A DNA stretch of 64,000 bases from Candidatus Latescibacterota bacterium (GTDB lineage: Bacteria; Latescibacterota; UBA2968; UBA8231). The stretch covers positions 4,448,001 to 4,512,000 of the forward strand of contig OZ242318.1 in assembly GCA_965208105.1 (NCBI GenBank), written 5' to 3'. Position numbers and translations under genes: made by a program. The notes under the pieces are model-generated. The model searched no databases. It was not told the origin of the DNA and was given only the letters and a program-made list of their open reading frames with translations. The stretch's first letter is position 1. Every line of letters starts with the position of its first letter. Of the stretch, positions 20,220-29,962 are shown piece after piece.

Positions 20220-20984
20220 CTAAAGTGTTGGAGTCGCTGCTTCACGAGCCCAGGCAACCTTGGCCAGTGCGAACGACTCTACCTCACGACAGAGAATGGA
20301 AACTTCCCCTGGGTGAGCAGCCTTGCCATCTACATATGCACGAACCGGGTCCAACCGCTTCAAAAGGGCCACATCCCCGGGAAGGTTGGAGAAGGCCCGG
20401 AAGACATCTCGTTTGTTCAAAATGTATTCCCCGGTTTGGTTCCAAACAAAAATTCTAAGCCAGTATAGGATATTGTTTACCCTCGCATCGTCATCGTCAA
20501 TCGGAGCCGGCCGAGTGCGCTTCCATGCTCCCAAGATGTCTGGCACAAGCGCCATTAGGGACCGCTTCATATCGTCCTGAGATGGTTCCGGAATGGCTGC
20601 CAAATCGAGGTGTCCTGAAATTACTCTTCCTTGACGCTTGAGTTGGAGGATCTCGTAGGCCATATCACTGAGATTTCCAAACGGTGGGCAGAGGTCCCGC
20701 TCACGGATGGCATATCCCCCGAACCCTTTCCGGAACCTGTACTTCATCCAGTACTGCTCAGCCATCTTCTTGATTTCGGGCAGAAGGCCATCCGGGCAGG
20801 CATCCTTTGCCACGACAATTAGATCGATGTCGCTTCGGCCGGGAACGTAGCCTCCGGTCGGAAGCGATCCGACTGCGACGACCGCAACTAGATGAGGACC
20901 CAATACATCGCTGCTCTCGGCAGCGAAAGAATGGGCTATTCTCCAGGCGTGGTCTTCGGAAACGAGGGGTGCAGGCGAAGTCAT
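20220..20984 (-). CDS. Nucleotidyltransferase (Pol-beta superfamily, ANT-like)
   Basis: VGSLPTGGYVPGRSDIDLIVV. Confidence 0.75.
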   Translation of the reverse strand: MTSPAPLVSEDHAWRIAHSFAAESSDVLGPHLVAVVAVGSLPTGGYVPGRSDIDLIVVAKDACPDGLLPEIKKMAEQYWMKYRFRKGFGGYAIRERDLCPPFGNLSDMAYEILQLKRQGRVISGHLDLAAIPEPSQDDMKRSLMALVPDILGAWKRTRPAPIDDDDARVNNILYWLRIFVWNQTGEYILNKRDVFRAFSNLPGDVALLKRLDPVRAYVDGKAAHPGEVSILCREVESFALAKVAWAREAATPTL

Positions 20985-21104
20985 GATGCTCCAAGGCAGC
21001 TTGCGAGGGGATCTTCACCCCCGGGAGTGAAAAATGTCATGGGGTCAGATAACCCGAGTAAATGCGATGATATGCGTGTGCGAAATCAGACACAGGTCCA
21101 AATG

Positions 21105-21878
21105 CTATATGAGAATGCCGCGAAGCATTTCTAACGACGAAATGACCTGAACGCCATCTGGACATGCCGGGCTGGAATCCGGATCAACATGGGAATCCAC
21201 CCTGCCAAAATCTCGAGGGATCGGCTCGGTGTCCCTGTCCTGCCTGTCGATCAGAATGGGAGTCATTCCAATTGCTTCTGACCCTTTGATGTCGTCCTCT
21301 ACAGAATCGCCGACGAACGCAACCTCCTCCGCTGCCAACCCGATATCGCCCAACGCCAGGGAGAAGATTCCAGGATCGGGCTTTTCGATGCCTACTTCTC
21401 CCGATACAACGACAGTATCGAAACATTTTGTCAGTTCCAAATCAGCAAGGCGGGAGTGTACGTGGGGCGGATGATCGAAATTTGAGATCAGGCCAATTCG
21501 AAGTGTGGACCTCATATCATTCAGCAGGGTTTGAGCTTGAGGATCGAGAAAGGTGTGCCGCGCCCAGGAGTGCACGCTCTTTCCGGAAATGTCCGATATT
21601 TCCCTCTCCGTAAGTTCGACTCCAAGCTGCTTTCCAAGAGCTCCAATTCGTCGCTCGTACAGGGTCAGCTCCTGCCCGTAATCCCCCGGGGGATCGGGAT
21701 TGCTGAAAAAACCGGTGCAGGCGGTTCGAAGCTTGTCCTCTCCCACCTTTACTCCCAACTTTTGCAGCGATTCGAGGATGGAAGAAATCCACTCTTGCCA
21801 GGCGGTTTCCATGTCCCCGTAAACAAGGATTGTTCCGTAAAGGTCAAAGAGAACACCATTAAGTTTGCGCGTTGTCAT
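21105..21878 (-). CDS. HAD family hydrolase
   Basis: FDLYGT, ISN, KPDPGIF, VGDSVEDD. Confidence 0.88.
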   Translation of the reverse strand: MTTRKLNGVLFDLYGTILVYGDMETAWQEWISSILESLQKLGVKVGEDKLRTACTGFFSNPDPPGDYGQELTLYERRIGALGKQLGVELTEREISDISGKSVHSWARHTFLDPQAQTLLNDMRSTLRIGLISNFDHPPHVHSRLADLELTKCFDTVVVSGEVGIEKPDPGIFSLALGDIGLAAEEVAFVGDSVEDDIKGSEAIGMTPILIDRQDRDTEPIPRDFGRVDSHVDPDSSPACPDGVQVISSLEMLRGILI

Positions 21879-22087
21879 GCTGGATTGGATTTTGCCCAGG
21901 CCGAACCGCACGCGCCGGCTACGAGTCTTGCCGGCTTTTCAGGATCAGGGTCATGGCCATATCATCATGCTACTATGGCATAAAGATTTGTGGGATAACA
22001 ATTCCCGAATTTGTCAACGGGTGCCCGAAGGTCAAAAGGGAGCAGGCCCAGGGCAAGTCATGCTGTTGGGCGCCTTGTCCAGATGGC

Positions 22088-22927
22088 TTAGAGGTCTCCG
22101 GCATCTTGGCTCCACTTAATTAGAAATTTTCTGGCCAGGTTTCTGCCCTCCTCGTTGAAATCATGACCTCCAGTTCGATAAAATTTGTTCTCAACATCAA
22201 CTTGGTGACCCTCTAGATATTTTACCAGTTCTCTAGAGTGTTGAACCTCGACGAACGGATCGTCCTCGTTGTGAGTTACGACGACCTTGGTACCATTTGC
22301 CAATAAGACTTTTCCTGCATGATCCCCGTCAAGGCGTGAGTAATAGGCGCCAGCGTGAACAAAGCAGAGATCGACAAGGTCTGGGTGATCGACCGCGAAT
22401 CGGAATCCGAAAGCGGCACCCTGTGAATGTCCGAAGATTGCTATCTTTTTATCACTTATCCTGTACCGGGATCTTGCGTCTCTGATACACTCCGCTATCA
22501 GACCAGTATATAGCCGCTCAATGACCATAGGATCTATCTTCAGCGAATCGTCGACTACAATGGTGCTTTCACGGGTATAGTCCTCTGGCCATGCGGTATA
22601 ACCTGTCTCTCCCCCAAAGAAATCTAAATTTGCGGGATGTGGTGCTCTCGCCATCAAATAAATTACATGGTCTCGAGGGAAATAGTCAGACAGGAGATAT
22701 TGATACCTTTCTTCTGTTTGTCCTCGACCATGGACAAGCACGCACAGAGGATATGTCGCGTTTGCGCTTTCGGACGAGAAGTAGCCGGGAGGCAGAATAA
22801 CCGAATAGTACCCCACATTTCGCTGCAGGATCGGATGAATTATATAATCAACAGGAACCTCTCTGTCGGCGTGGGACACATTTATGAATAGACTCAATGC
22901 AATCAGGGTTACCAGAGATCTTCTCAT
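22088..22927 (-). CDS. Secreted alpha/beta hydrolase (esterase)
   Basis: Signal peptide, VHGRG, GHSQG nucleophile, DP..., GGH. Confidence 0.82.
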   Translation of the reverse strand: MRRSLVTLIALSLFINVSHADREVPVDYIIHPILQRNVGYYSVILPPGYFSSESANATYPLCVLVHGRGQTEERYQYLLSDYFPRDHVIYLMARAPHPANLDFFGGETGYTAWPEDYTRESTIVVDDSLKIDPMVIERLYTGLIAECIRDARSRYRISDKKIAIFGHSQGAAFGFRFAVDHPDLVDLCFVHAGAYYSRLDGDHAGKVLLANGTKVVVTHNEDDPFVEVQHSRELVKYLEGHQVDVENKFYRTGGHDFNEEGRNLARKFLIKWSQDAGDL

Positions 22928-22985
22928 GCCGCCTCCATGCAGGGCCACTCGATATGGCTCCGGCTGTTCACATGTCGAAATTACG

Positions 22986-24134
22986 TCAGGCGTCGTAGTC
23001 CAGTATTCGGTTCAATAGACGACACCCGCCGTCTTCCATCAACACGTCCACTTCGAAACGGGTCCCTCCCCAGTCGAAGCCGCGCAGGTCGTATTTGATG
23101 GCCAGGGTCATGCCAGGTTCTAGGCGAAAATCGGAACCGGCATCCAGATTCGGCCATTCGACCACGTTGATGCCTACGCCGTGACCGACCGCCCGCATCC
23201 CCCTGGCGTAGCGTCTGAACTGCTCCCCGTATCCCGCCGCCTCGGACTTTTCCAGAAGATAATCATAGATCGTCGAGGCCGGTTGGCCTGGCCGGAGATG
23301 GTCGATGACTCCCCTCAGGACATCCCTGCTCAGGTGGAGAACGCTCCCTTTTTCGCCGTCGGCATCGCCGTGAAACACGGTAACGGCGGTGTCGGCGCAG
23401 TAGCCTCGGTAGATCGGGTTGACGTCGATCAGTACGGGGTCGCCCGGAGCGATCTCGTGGTCCGAGGGCCGCCAGGTCGGCATTTGGGTGTGCTGGCCGG
23501 CGGACACGATCGTGGCGCTGCCCAGATTGGCACCTCCGAGCCTGACGGGGTGTTCAGCCGCCGCGGCCAGATCATTCTCGCTGGCGTCACCGGCTTTCAG
23601 GCGCTCGATCGCCGCCTCCAATCCCGTATCGGCCAGATGGGCGGCCTGCTCCATCAACGCGACTTCCTCCGGGCATTTGATCGCCCGCATGCTATTGAGG
23701 AGATCGTCGGCACAAACGAACTCGCTTTGTGCCAGGGCGGTCCGCATGCGCCGGTAGTATTTGACCGGCAGCAGGGCCTCACCCACCAGTCCCAATTTCA
23801 GTTTGCGTCCTGCCTGTTCACGGAGCCGCTCGAAGAATGGGCCCAATGCGTCTATGGCGCGAATATCCTCGATCCAGGTGATGGCTTCAGCCGTCCTGGC
23901 GTTGATCGCACCCAGGAACAGGGTGACTTGGCCCTCGGCCGAAAGGTAGACGCCTTGGGGCGACTCCTCGATGACGTTGATCGGGTAATAGTCGGCCAGG
24001 TAAAGGGTACTGCCCGGCCGGTATTCATCCGAGAAGGCGAACAGGCCATCCAGACCGTTGTCGATCAGATAGCGGCGGACAGCGGCAACGCGGTGACTGA
24101 ATGTTTCACGGCTCAGGCCGGTGAATCCTGGCAT
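22986..24134 (-). CDS. Xaa-Pro peptidase (M24B)
   Basis: RAIKCPEE, ID...GYCAD, GHGVG...E-P...LEPGM. Confidence 0.85.
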   Translation of the reverse strand: MPGFTGLSRETFSHRVAAVRRYLIDNGLDGLFAFSDEYRPGSTLYLADYYPINVIEESPQGVYLSAEGQVTLFLGAINARTAEAITWIEDIRAIDALGPFFERLREQAGRKLKLGLVGEALLPVKYYRRMRTALAQSEFVCADDLLNSMRAIKCPEEVALMEQAAHLADTGLEAAIERLKAGDASENDLAAAAEHPVRLGGANLGSATIVSAGQHTQMPTWRPSDHEIAPGDPVLIDVNPIYRGYCADTAVTVFHGDADGEKGSVLHLSRDVLRGVIDHLRPGQPASTIYDYLLEKSEAAGYGEQFRRYARGMRAVGHGVGINVVEWPNLDAGSDFRLEPGMTLAIKYDLRGFDWGGTRFEVDVLMEDGGCRLLNRILDYDA

Positions 24135-24189
24135 GGATCATTCTCCCTTGCAGCTCCGCGATGTTTCGGCGTCGTAGCTGTTCCAACAC

Positions 24190-24705
24190 TCATGCGCCTA
24201 CTGAGAGAGGCGTATCCGGTGGCCCTTTCTCGGCTATGCTCTCAAGGAGACAATGAAGGTTTCCAGGAGCGAACCTTTCTTCGGAACTGTCTATGGCGCC
24301 GATTGTCCACCAATGGAACTCTCGAAACGCAGACGCCTCGCCAGGAGCTGCCTCCACGTCCATTACGGGAACAAAGTAGCCTGCTCGCACAAGAAAATAG
24401 ACTTCGTGCTGCCTGTAGCTCCGTCCATTCCAGGAGAAATCGTGTTTTCTCGTCCATATGGGAGGTCCCAGGCGGAAGTCCCGCGCGCCGGTCTCTTCGG
24501 CGACTTCGCGGCGAAGTCCTTCTTCGTCAGATTCACCGGGTTCCAAACCTCCGCCGGGGGTAATCCAAATCTGTAATCCTGTAACAGGCTCTTGGACCTT
24601 CATCAGCAGAATCCGATGATCCGGAGTCATAATTACCGCTCGTACAGCCTTTCTCCGGATCATAACCATGTTGATCCGGTGATCATGTTCGATTTCATAC
24701 TCCAA
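24190..24705 (-). CDS. NUDIX hydrolase
   Basis: GGGLEPGESDEEGLRREVAEETG Nudix box; start uncertain. Confidence 0.88.
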   Translation of the reverse strand: MEYEIEHDHRINMVMIRRKAVRAVIMTPDHRILLMKVQEPVTGLQIWITPGGGLEPGESDEEGLRREVAEETGARDFRLGPPIWTRKHDFSWNGRSYRQHEVYFLVRAGYFVPVMDVEAAPGEASAFREFHWWTIGAIDSSEERFAPGNLHCLLESIAEKGPPDTPLSVGA

Positions 24706-24713
24706 AGCGATTC

Positions 24714-24801
24714 GCTTAACGTCCTGCCAATTGCGGATTCGCGAAGGTGATTGCCAAAAACCAAGCCGTATATGCGGGGCAGCGCAAATTGGTTGCTAAA
24801 C
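24714..24801 (-). repeat. attC-like site
   Basis: Coding strand: GTTTAGC ... CCAATTTGCG/CGCAATTGG inner repeat ... GTTAAGC (perfect GTTRRRY) just upstream of the next start. Confidence 0.68.
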
Positions 24802-24880
24802 GATGCCGGACATTTCTTCGATCAACGGGTTGTCTCGAACTCAAGCAACATTGAGAGGGGCTGTTTGCGTTCTCCAAAAA

Positions 24881-25627
24881 TTACAGTTTCACAATCCGAA
24901 GCTCCCTGAATTTGGCGCCGCTGCGCTGCACCTCCAGCCAGATGAACACCGGGAACTGCGGCTCGAAGGGATGACTTATCTCCACGTTCCCGCTGGATAC
25001 GGTGAAGTTCTCACCATCCAGGGTGCAGAGGACCTCATGCCACTTGCCGACCTCCATCGGCAGGGGGGCATAGGCCTCCCTGCGCCACGGTCCCCTGATT
25101 CCGGCGGCATCGAAGACCTTGCGGCCACTGTCAATCTGGATCGTGTGGGGCTCGTCATCATCGAGGGCGACCAGCACGTTGTTGCCGGCGGCATCCACGA
25201 TGCCGACCATTTTTCCATCCCCATGGGCGCGGGCAAGTGCGGCCACCTGGTATGAGAGCTGAAACGGTTGATGAAGGACGAATTCGGAGATCAGGAAGTG
25301 CTTGCGATCGGAAGTAGGACAGATGATCTCGCCGTCCCTGGCCTGCCACTGCTCCGACAGAGACCACCAGTTTTCCAGGCTCTCGCCGTTGAACAGGTCG
25401 CCGCCTTCATCCTCTAAAGATTGCCATCTGCCTTCTTCTACCAGTTGGCTGACCCGGTCGACATCGCCGCGTCCCATGGCCGCTGCGAGACTGTCGCTTT
25501 CACTCACTCCTTCGGCGGTCGTGGCAACCCCATCGTGGGGATGGGCAAACGACGTGCGGCCCTGAATGTTGATAGCCTTTGATACAAGCAGGACCAGAAT
25601 GGTCGCGGTGAGTATGCGGCCCAACAT
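24881..25627 (-). CDS. Secreted protein with DUF1080/LamG-like domain
   Basis: Signal peptide; LFNGESLENW...W-A-DGEI, GKWHEV, FRELRI. Confidence 0.65.
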   Translation of the reverse strand: MLGRILTATILVLLVSKAINIQGRTSFAHPHDGVATTAEGVSESDSLAAAMGRGDVDRVSQLVEEGRWQSLEDEGGDLFNGESLENWWSLSEQWQARDGEIICPTSDRKHFLISEFVLHQPFQLSYQVAALARAHGDGKMVGIVDAAGNNVLVALDDDEPHTIQIDSGRKVFDAAGIRGPWRREAYAPLPMEVGKWHEVLCTLDGENFTVSSGNVEISHPFEPQFPVFIWLEVQRSGAKFRELRIVKL

Positions 25628-25698
25628 GGCAATTCCTCCCATTGTGGTTCAGGGGCGCAATTCGTGGTGTTTTTTGTGATCTCTTCTCCTCTTTACCG

Positions 25699-25789
25699 CC
25701 GATCCATCCCGGCCCACGGCGTTGCCTTCACTCGCCATACACTACTGGTACGACTCGCTCAGGCGCCTTGCGAGCCGGGCGCTTCGGCG
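25699..25789. repeat. Second, inverted copy of the MITE-like core
   Basis: 91 nt with 5 mismatches to the reverse complement of 18593-18683 (manual alignment). Confidence 0.85.
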
Positions 25790-25817
25790 CTCTCGTTGGC
25801 AGGCTAAATTACGCGCG

Positions 25818-26180
25818 CTAGGTCTCCATGAGGATTTCGACCCGATTCCCGAAGGGGTCCCTGAATTCGAAGCGGTCCATCCCTGGAATGGCAACCGATT
25901 CTTCGATCTCGATCCCCGCCGCTGCAAGCAGGGACCTCCAGGAAGAAATGTCGTTCACCTCATAAGCCAGGTGTGCCTTGGTTGCCCGTCGATTCACGCC
26001 ATCCTCGGTCCCCACGTGGACCTGGCGGTCTCCCACCTGAAGCCAGAATCCGCCCCGTGCTCTCAGCGCTTCCGGCTTCTCGATCTCCGGCAACTTCAGG
26101 ATCTCGCAGTAGAATTGCCTGGCTCTGTCTTCCGCTCCCTTTGGAACGGTGATCTGTGCATGGTGCAAGCTCCTGATCAT
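25818..26180 (-). CDS. VOC/glyoxalase family protein
   Basis: LHHAQI...ARQFY...AHLAY...RDPFGNRVE. Confidence 0.88.
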   Translation of the reverse strand: MIRSLHHAQITVPKGAEDRARQFYCEILKLPEIEKPEALRARGGFWLQVGDRQVHVGTEDGVNRRATKAHLAYEVNDISSWRSLLAAAGIEIEESVAIPGMDRFEFRDPFGNRVEILMET

Positions 26181-26201
26181 TTAGAATTCCACAGCTCGGT
26201 T

Positions 26202-26549
26202 TCAATCCCACGGTTCGGAACCGATACGCAACACGTGGCCGTCAGGGTCTACTACGTTGAATTCAAGAGCCCACGGATATTTTGTAAGCCCCTTGCGGAT
26301 GGTGGCGTCTCGGGAGGAAAGGAAATCGAAGGCCTTTCTGGCATTGTCGACCCCAACGTATATCCAAGTGCCTGGATTTCCCTGGCTGCCTCTGCACAGG
26401 AGTATATTGCATTCATCTCGAGATACACAGGTGAAATCGTCATCTCCCCATTCGGCATTCTTGAATCCCAGGAGATCTACGTAGAATCGAAGGCTTCGCT
26501 GCATATCCGCAACGGAAAGAATTGGATCAATACTGTTGACCTGGTTCAT
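26202..26549 (-). CDS. VOC family (bleomycin-resistance-like) protein
   Basis: PILSVADMQRSLRFYVDLLGF...PW..EF.V.DPDGH. Confidence 0.85.
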   Translation of the reverse strand: MNQVNSIDPILSVADMQRSLRFYVDLLGFKNAEWGDDDFTCVSRDECNILLCRGSQGNPGTWIYVGVDNARKAFDFLSSRDATIRKGLTKYPWALEFNVVDPDGHVLRIGSEPWD

Positions 26550-26633
26550 TATTATCTCCTTTCAGTTTGGACCGTTGCCACGGACCTCGGTGGCATCACA
26601 GCCTGCTCATCACCTACGTATAATGTTCAAAAT

Positions 26634-27254
26634 TTATCGGACCAGGGAGTCGGTGTGCCCTCGATCGAGCACGCCGTGGTCACGCGAAAATTTCTCGACC
26701 TCGGCCGATGACTGCAGGCGCAGGAACTGTATGTGCTGCCAGCGGGGCTCTGACATATAGGCTCGCATGTCGCGACGCTTGCGCCTGTGCTGCGTAACGA
26801 TCCACCACACGAGAGAGTCCTCCTTGTTCCAGACCTTCAGTTGGGGCCAGAACTCCTCATAGTTGGTGCCCCAGAGCAGTTCCTTTGTCCGCCAGCGTGA
26901 CCACGATCGCCGCAGTACGCGCCAGAGGAGAAGGTACATGGGCAGGTCAAGCCAAACGACGGTCTCCAGGCGCGGCCAGAAGGCGCGTTGCGAAAAACTC
27001 ATATATGAGCCAGCGGCTACCCATCCTTCTCCTGCAGTCGCCCTCTCTATGAGACTCTGGAACTCCACCGGGTCCGTCTCGTTCAAGCCCACCCAGCCAG
27101 GCCGCCAATTGAGCGCATCCAACTCCACAAAGGGAACCTGAAGAGCAGTAGCCAGCTGCTTGCCCAGAAGGCTTTTCCCCGAGCAACTGTTGCCAACCAC
27201 GTGGACCCTTCGGCCGATCCGGTGCTTCAGAGATTGCGAGCCTGATTCCTCCAT
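26634..27254 (-). CDS. P-loop nucleotide kinase-like protein (adenylate kinase/FlaR-like)
   Basis: GNSCSGKS, ELDALNWRPGW, VVWLDLP. Confidence 0.8.
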   Translation of the reverse strand: MEESGSQSLKHRIGRRVHVVGNSCSGKSLLGKQLATALQVPFVELDALNWRPGWVGLNETDPVEFQSLIERATAGEGWVAAGSYMSFSQRAFWPRLETVVWLDLPMYLLLWRVLRRSWSRWRTKELLWGTNYEEFWPQLKVWNKEDSLVWWIVTQHRRKRRDMRAYMSEPRWQHIQFLRLQSSAEVEKFSRDHGVLDRGHTDSLVR

Positions 27255-27271
27255 GTCTCACTTCCGTGTTA

Positions 27272-27360
27272 TGTTAAACTTGGCCTGATTGCGAAACCGC
27301 GCAATGGGTCGCAGAAGCCCAAGGCCCTGATGGGCTCCACAGCGCACCCGCTGACTTGGA
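27272..27360 (-). repeat. Degenerate attC-like site
   Basis: + strand GCCTGATTGCGAAACC and GGGTCGCAGAAGCCCAAGGC match the family blocks. Confidence 0.45.
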
Positions 27361-27376
27361 AGCGAAAACATATCCC

Positions 27377-27874
27377 CTACGTAGAAAATTCCAGGTTTGC
27401 CCTAATTCGGGCGGTGATCGAGCCAGTCTGTTCAGGTGTCAGCCAGGCCGGAGTGACCTTTTCCCAACGGATGCCCTCAGATCTCGCAATGTGAGGAGGG
27501 AATTTACCCTGCGGAGTCGCTGAATTCCACTGTGGAACGAGGTGAAGATGATAATGAGGAACCTCCTGCAAGCTGGCAGTGCCGTTGTTCTCGTAAATCA
27601 GCAACCCTTCTGCCTTGACCGCGGTTGACAAGGCCCTGCCGACCCGCCGGGCGAGCCGAAGGATTTCAACCAACTCCGAATCGGTTAGATCAAACATGGT
27701 TGGCGCGTGCCTTCTCGAAATTACAATGCATTGACCCTCAAGAAATTGCCTTGGGTTCACCCTTGCAATTGCGGCATCGGTCTCCTCCACAAAATCGTCA
27801 GGTCCACCATTGCGCACAATTTCGCAGAAGAAACATGGCTCCTGCCTGGGCAATTCAAAACCATCGAAACTCAT
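27377..27874 (-). CDS. HIT family protein
   Basis: CFFC, QEVPHYHLHLVP histidine triad. Confidence 0.87.
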   Translation of the reverse strand: MSFDGFELPRQEPCFFCEIVRNGGPDDFVEETDAAIARVNPRQFLEGQCIVISRRHAPTMFDLTDSELVEILRLARRVGRALSTAVKAEGLLIYENNGTASLQEVPHYHLHLVPQWNSATPQGKFPPHIARSEGIRWEKVTPAWLTPEQTGSITARIRANLEFST

Positions 27875-28034
27875 TGGGCGAAGCTCTCCCTTTTTCGCTG
27901 AAATTTCACCGGGTTGCGGACCACAAGCACACCAAGTGGCCGCCGAAGCCCAGGTTGTCATGGTCGCCGAAACGCCGAAACCGTGCACGGACGTGGTGTG
28001 CGCGGTTGAGACATCTGTCTTTCGACACCAAAGT

Positions 28035-28940
28035 TCATAAGAATCTGCCCAGCACTGCGCGAATCTGCTCCTGAGGAGTACCGTCGTGGCCTTCGACCAT
28101 CGCCAGGTAGAAGGGCATACGCCATAAATCGCGCCGGTAGGAAAAGTCTTCAGCAATTGGCGACATCTCGGCGTAGGCCGAAAACAAGGCCTCCGGAACC
28201 GGTTGGAAATAGTCGACGAATGCCAGGTCAAGCTCAGGATGGCCGAAGTGGAGGTTTGGGTCGACGAACACGGGACCCTCAGGGGTGTTGAGGATGTTGT
28301 TCTGGTGCGCGTCTCCGTGCACAAGAGAGGGATCTACCCGGGGTCCGCAGATTGAATCGAGCCGGCCCGCCAGCCGCTCGACTTCCCTTGCCAAAGCGAC
28401 AGGCAAGTGTCCTTCTTCCAGGCCGTGCGCGATCCTGGGTTCGATCCAGCGTTCCCAGAAGAACGTGTTCCAACGGTCCAGTGGCCGATTGTTCTGCCGG
28501 AAATCGCCCCAGTAGCTATCCTCGTCGAAGCCGAACCTGGCCCCTTTGGCAGAATGGAGCCGTGCCAGCGAACGTCCGGCCTCTTCCCACGCTGCCTTCG
28601 TGGGCTCGACCATTTTCACGGATTTCAGGACCAATATCGCCCCATTGGGTATCAAAAGGCAGTCGACCACGGTGGGAGTCAAGACCCCAGCCATAGCAGA
28701 CATAGCCGACAAACCTACAGTCTCGCAGCGGAACTGCTCGGGTGCGTTGCTGCTACGCCCGAGTTTGGCGAATACCTCGAACTCACCGTCCGAAAGGACA
28801 GCGGCAGGATGAGCTGCCCTTTCTGCCTGGTCCTGGATCTCGCGGATATGCCATTCCCGTCCCAGATAGGTACTGACGCTGGTCTCGATCTCCTTGCGGT
28901 GATCAAGAAGTTCCTCTATCTGTGGTTCTCTTGCGCTCAT
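28035..28940 (-). CDS. Fructosamine kinase family protein
   Basis: FGFDEDSYWG...Q.N, PSLVHGD, VDP...GHPELDLA. Confidence 0.85.
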   Translation of the reverse strand: MSAREPQIEELLDHRKEIETSVSTYLGREWHIREIQDQAERAAHPAAVLSDGEFEVFAKLGRSSNAPEQFRCETVGLSAMSAMAGVLTPTVVDCLLIPNGAILVLKSVKMVEPTKAAWEEAGRSLARLHSAKGARFGFDEDSYWGDFRQNNRPLDRWNTFFWERWIEPRIAHGLEEGHLPVALAREVERLAGRLDSICGPRVDPSLVHGDAHQNNILNTPEGPVFVDPNLHFGHPELDLAFVDYFQPVPEALFSAYAEMSPIAEDFSYRRDLWRMPFYLAMVEGHDGTPQEQIRAVLGRFL

Positions 28941-28976
28941 CGTTGCAAAGGATAATGGCTTAAGCGGCCTCCGAGG

Positions 28977-29072
28977 CCGTAACTCGTCTGCCGGTTTCCG
29001 AACCCCGAGCCTGTCGAGGGTTTGCAGTAGGTCAAGGCGCCTTGCGCCGCTGCGGCAACCGCCCCGTTATAC
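28977..29072 (-). repeat. attC-like site (near-identical to 32331-32424)
   Basis: Coding strand GTATAAC-N5-GGTTGCCG ... CGGAAACC ... GTTACGG. Confidence 0.75.
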
Positions 29073-29105
29073 CTCGTTATATGCAGACGGAAGTCCAATC
29101 CCCTG

Positions 29106-29354
29106 CTATAAGGGAAGGTCTGGAAGATGAGCGCGGACGCCTTCCCATGTGGGGTAGCTCCGCAAGACAGCTACTACTCCTGGCAGTGGATCAGACCACA
29201 CCTCTTGAAGAATTCCTTCCCCTTCAGCGGCCATAGGCCATGCCAATTTCTCGAGGGGAGGATCGAATTGGGCGTCCACCCCACTTCTGTTGCTTCTTGG
29301 ATCGATTCTGTACCATTCGAATTCAGGCAGCAGAACTGCATTCAAGTTGATCAA
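29106..29354 (-). pseudogene. Probable C-terminal fragment of a transglutaminase-like protein
   Basis: LNAVLLPEFEWYRIDPRSN...AQF...LPD resembles the second half of bacterial transglutaminase-like proteins; no N-terminal Cys region upstream. Confidence 0.55.
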
Positions 29355-29423
29355 GGCCCATCGATGCCGGGCCCGGTCGTGTTTTAGTATTTTCCGGCCG
29401 GAAGGTTCAGGAAAGATCCCTCC

Positions 29424-29861
29424 TCAAGAAGGCCTTTCCATCTGAAGGTGTGTGGCGGTCTTTCCCACGTGCTGAAATCCATGCCTCCTGTAGAATGACA
29501 GCGCTCGGTCATTTCCATTTATTATCTGCAATCGCAATGGAACGTGTAGCTTCGCGGCCTCTTCGATCAGATGCTCCATGCAACTACTCCCAATACCCTT
29601 TCCCTGATGCTCCGGAAGAATAAAGAGCTGAAAAATCTTCAGGGCGTCCGGTGTTTTCTCTACCGAAAGAACACCAACGTCGAACCCATCCCACTGAATT
29701 ACCTGATAATCTTGTGAGCCAAACCGCGTCCGGTGCCTGGCTCTTTCGCCTTCTTCATCCCAACCCCTCACCTTCTCTGCATGTTTTCGGAACGACCGTT
29801 CTCGCACGCGGTAGCAAAACTCACAATCGGCTTCCGCTGCCCTCCTGAATCTCAAGGTCAT
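29424..29861 (-). CDS. GNAT acetyltransferase
   Basis: ILPEHQGKGIG, N.RALSFYRRHGF. Confidence 0.88.
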   Translation of the reverse strand: MTLRFRRAAEADCEFCYRVRERSFRKHAEKVRGWDEEGERARHRTRFGSQDYQVIQWDGFDVGVLSVEKTPDALKIFQLFILPEHQGKGIGSSCMEHLIEEAAKLHVPLRLQIINGNDRALSFYRRHGFQHVGKTATHLQMERPS

Positions 29862-29905
29862 TCCGGAAATTCCTTCTGGTCGTCATTTACTATGATTTTA
29901 CAGTA

Positions 29906-29928
29906 GTGCCCGAACCGTGTTGTTACAC
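29906..29928 (-). repeat. Truncated attC-like half site
   Basis: Coding strand GTGTAAC-AACAC-GGTTCGGGCAC; partner arm not found. Confidence 0.4.
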
Positions 29929-29962
29929 GATTCCACTCAAAAAGCACCTCGCCACAACAGAC

